A stretch of 63,937 nt of DNA, the filler included, from Octopus bimaculoides (Eukaryota), in the NCBI RefSeq assembly GCF_001194135.2. It is 9 parts of 8 records of this genome, joined end to end, with 100 filler letters (N's around TTAATTAATTAA, not from the genome) between each part and the next. Parts side by side here need not be neighbours in the genome. Positions count along the whole stretch, not along the records: positions 54,313 to 63,937 come from NC_068997.1; 8 more parts are not named here. One strand, written 5' to 3'. Both the position numbers and the translations under genes were made by a program. Shown here in pieces: positions 61,856 through 63,937 of the stretch (position 1 is the first letter of the stretch; each line of letters begins with the position of its first letter). Below the pieces are notes generated by a model that saw only the letters and a program-made list of their open reading frames with translations, was not told the DNA's origin and did not search any database.

Positions 61856-62372
61856 GAGAAGGTGGGGAGCGACCGCTTCTGAAGTAGCACTTTCATTAGC
61901 TTGAGTGACCTATTTGGTTGTGGTAGTGCTGATGGCGGTTGTGGTAGTGGTAGTGGTGGTGGTGGTGGTGATGATGTTCATGGGACGGTGTTGATCATAT
62001 TTTGAAGGACAGAAATTGATGAATAAAAAAAAAGGGGAGGCAAAAAAAGAACAACAACAAAAAACAAACAACAAAAAGAAACGAAACAAAACAAAAGTTC
62101 ATACAACTAAAATATATACGATACATAATAATTTCGTATCGATATACTTTCTAAAGTATGGTCCTTCTTTCTAGGGTTTGTGTATGGAGGTGTATGTGTG
62201 TGTGTGCGTGCGTATATATATGTGAGTAGGTACTTGTGCGCGTGTATTTTTGTATATAAGCGCATAACCTTGATATTACACTGATATCAGCAAACAAACA
62301 ATATCTTAAATCTTCTTGATGGATGCTTATCGTCTTTGTTTTCTTTGTTTACTTTATACATACATACATATT

Positions 62373-62403
<31 letters not shown>

Positions 62404-63295
62404 ATNNNNNNNNNNNNNNNNNNNNNNNNNNNNNNNNNNNNNNNNNNNNNNNNNNNNNNNNNNNNNNNNNNNNNNNNNNNNNNNNNNNNNNNNNNNNNNN
62501 NNNNNNNNNNNNNNNNNNNNNNNNNNNNNNNNNNNNNNNNNNNNNNNNNNNNNNNNNNNNNNNNNNNNNNNNNNNNNNNNNNNNNNNNNNNNNNNNNNNN
62601 NNNNNNNNNNNNNNNNNNNNNNNNNNNNNNNNNNNNNNNNNNNNNNNNNNNNNNNNNNNNNNNNNNNNNNNNNNNNNNNNNNNNNNNNNNNNNNNNNNNN
62701 NNNNNNNNNNNNNNNNNNNNNNNNNNNNNNNNNNNNNNNNNNNNNNNNNNNNNNNNNNNNNNNNNNNNNNNNNNNNNNNNNNNNNNNNNNNNNNNNNNNN
62801 NNNNNNNNNNNNNNNNNNNNNNNNNNNNNNNNNNNNNNNNNNNNNNNNNNNNNNNNNNNNNNNNNNNNNNNNNNNNNNNNNNNNNNNNNNNNNNNNNNNN
62901 NNNNNNNNNNNNNNNNNNNNNNNNNNNNNNNNNNNNNNNNNNNNNNNNNNNNNNNNNNNNNNNNNNNNNNNNNNNNNNNNNNNNNNNNNNNNNNNNNNNN
63001 NNNNNNNNNNNNNNNNNNNNNNNNNNNNNNNNNNNNNNNNNNNNNNNNNNNNNNNNNNNNNNNNNNNNNNNNNNNNNNNNNNNNNNNNNNNNNNNNNNNN
63101 NNNNNNNNNNNNNNNNNNNNNNNNNNNNNNNNNNNNNNNNNNNNNNNNNNNNNNNNNNNNNNNNNNNNNNNNNNNNNNNNNNNNNNNNNNNNNNNNNNNN
63201 NNNNNNNNNNNNNNNNNNNNNNNNNNNNNNNNNNNNNNNNNNNNNNNNNNNNNNNNNNNNNNNNNNNNNNNNNNNNNNNNNNNNNNNNNNNNNAT

Positions 63296-63331
<36 letters not shown>

Positions 63332-63593
63332 ATAAATATATGCATGAATATACATATATATATGTATATGCGTGTGTGTGTGTGTGTGTGTATACAGATT
63401 CACACATATTCAGACGCGCGCTTCAGCTCACAGTTATATATAAATACATGCACACACGTGCCCCGCCACATGTTTATATAGATAAAAACGTATGTAGAGA
63501 AATATAAGAGATATTGATGGAAAAAAATATTTCTATGTGTGACTACACCTTTTTATACAATGCACCTATATCTTGTCATATTTATGCAGACAG

Positions 63594-63641
<48 letters not shown>

Positions 63642-63868
63642 ACAATCACACACACACACAAACATACGTGTGTGTATATGGATACATATATAAACGTAGA
63701 CGTACATACCCATACTTATATGTTTGTGTATATATATGCATGTATATATACATACACGCACGCATACACACGCGCACACATAATATATATACATAGAGAT
63801 ACACAAGTATACATACAAACATACATACATACATACATACATACATACATACATACATACACGCATAC

Positions 63869-63905
<37 letters not shown>

Positions 63906-63937
63906 TATATATGTATGCATATATATGTATACATATA

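Overview
This window is AT-rich, intron-like or intergenic animal DNA from a gappy draft assembly. It has many N runs, and eight gaps carry an artificial TTAATTAATTAA linker. The dense (TA)n/(CA)n/(CATA)n microsatellites and the three recurring tRNA-derived SINE families suggest an octopus genome (inference from repeat content, not a database match). No complete or recognisable host protein-coding gene is present, only a few weak exon candidates. Most long ORFs in the track are N-gap or microsatellite artefacts. The recognisable content is transposon debris: three Mos1-type mariner relics, a DUF4817-type and a maT/Tc1-type relic, a pogo/Tigger fragment, RTE, RTE-X and CR1-like LINE fragments, three restriction-like-endonuclease (HERO and R4/NeSL-like) LINE fragments, MITE/foldback elements and dozens of SINEs. 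The most notable signal is a set of minimal type I hammerhead ribozyme motifs with palindromic helix III, the kind associated with Penelope-like elements and retrozymes. One is apparently intact (43829-43898) and lies inside a 539-bp unit bounded by 104-bp direct repeats. A second lies on the opposite strand nearby (43250-43357), a third overlaps a perfect 18-bp hairpin (21278-21325), and a fourth is decayed (38923-38980). Other notable items are a 74-bp-TIR element wrapped around a tRNA-like core, a mirror-polarised SINE array, a near-identical inverted SINE pair and a double CRE site. All alignments and folds were done by eye, and repeat boundaries are approximate.
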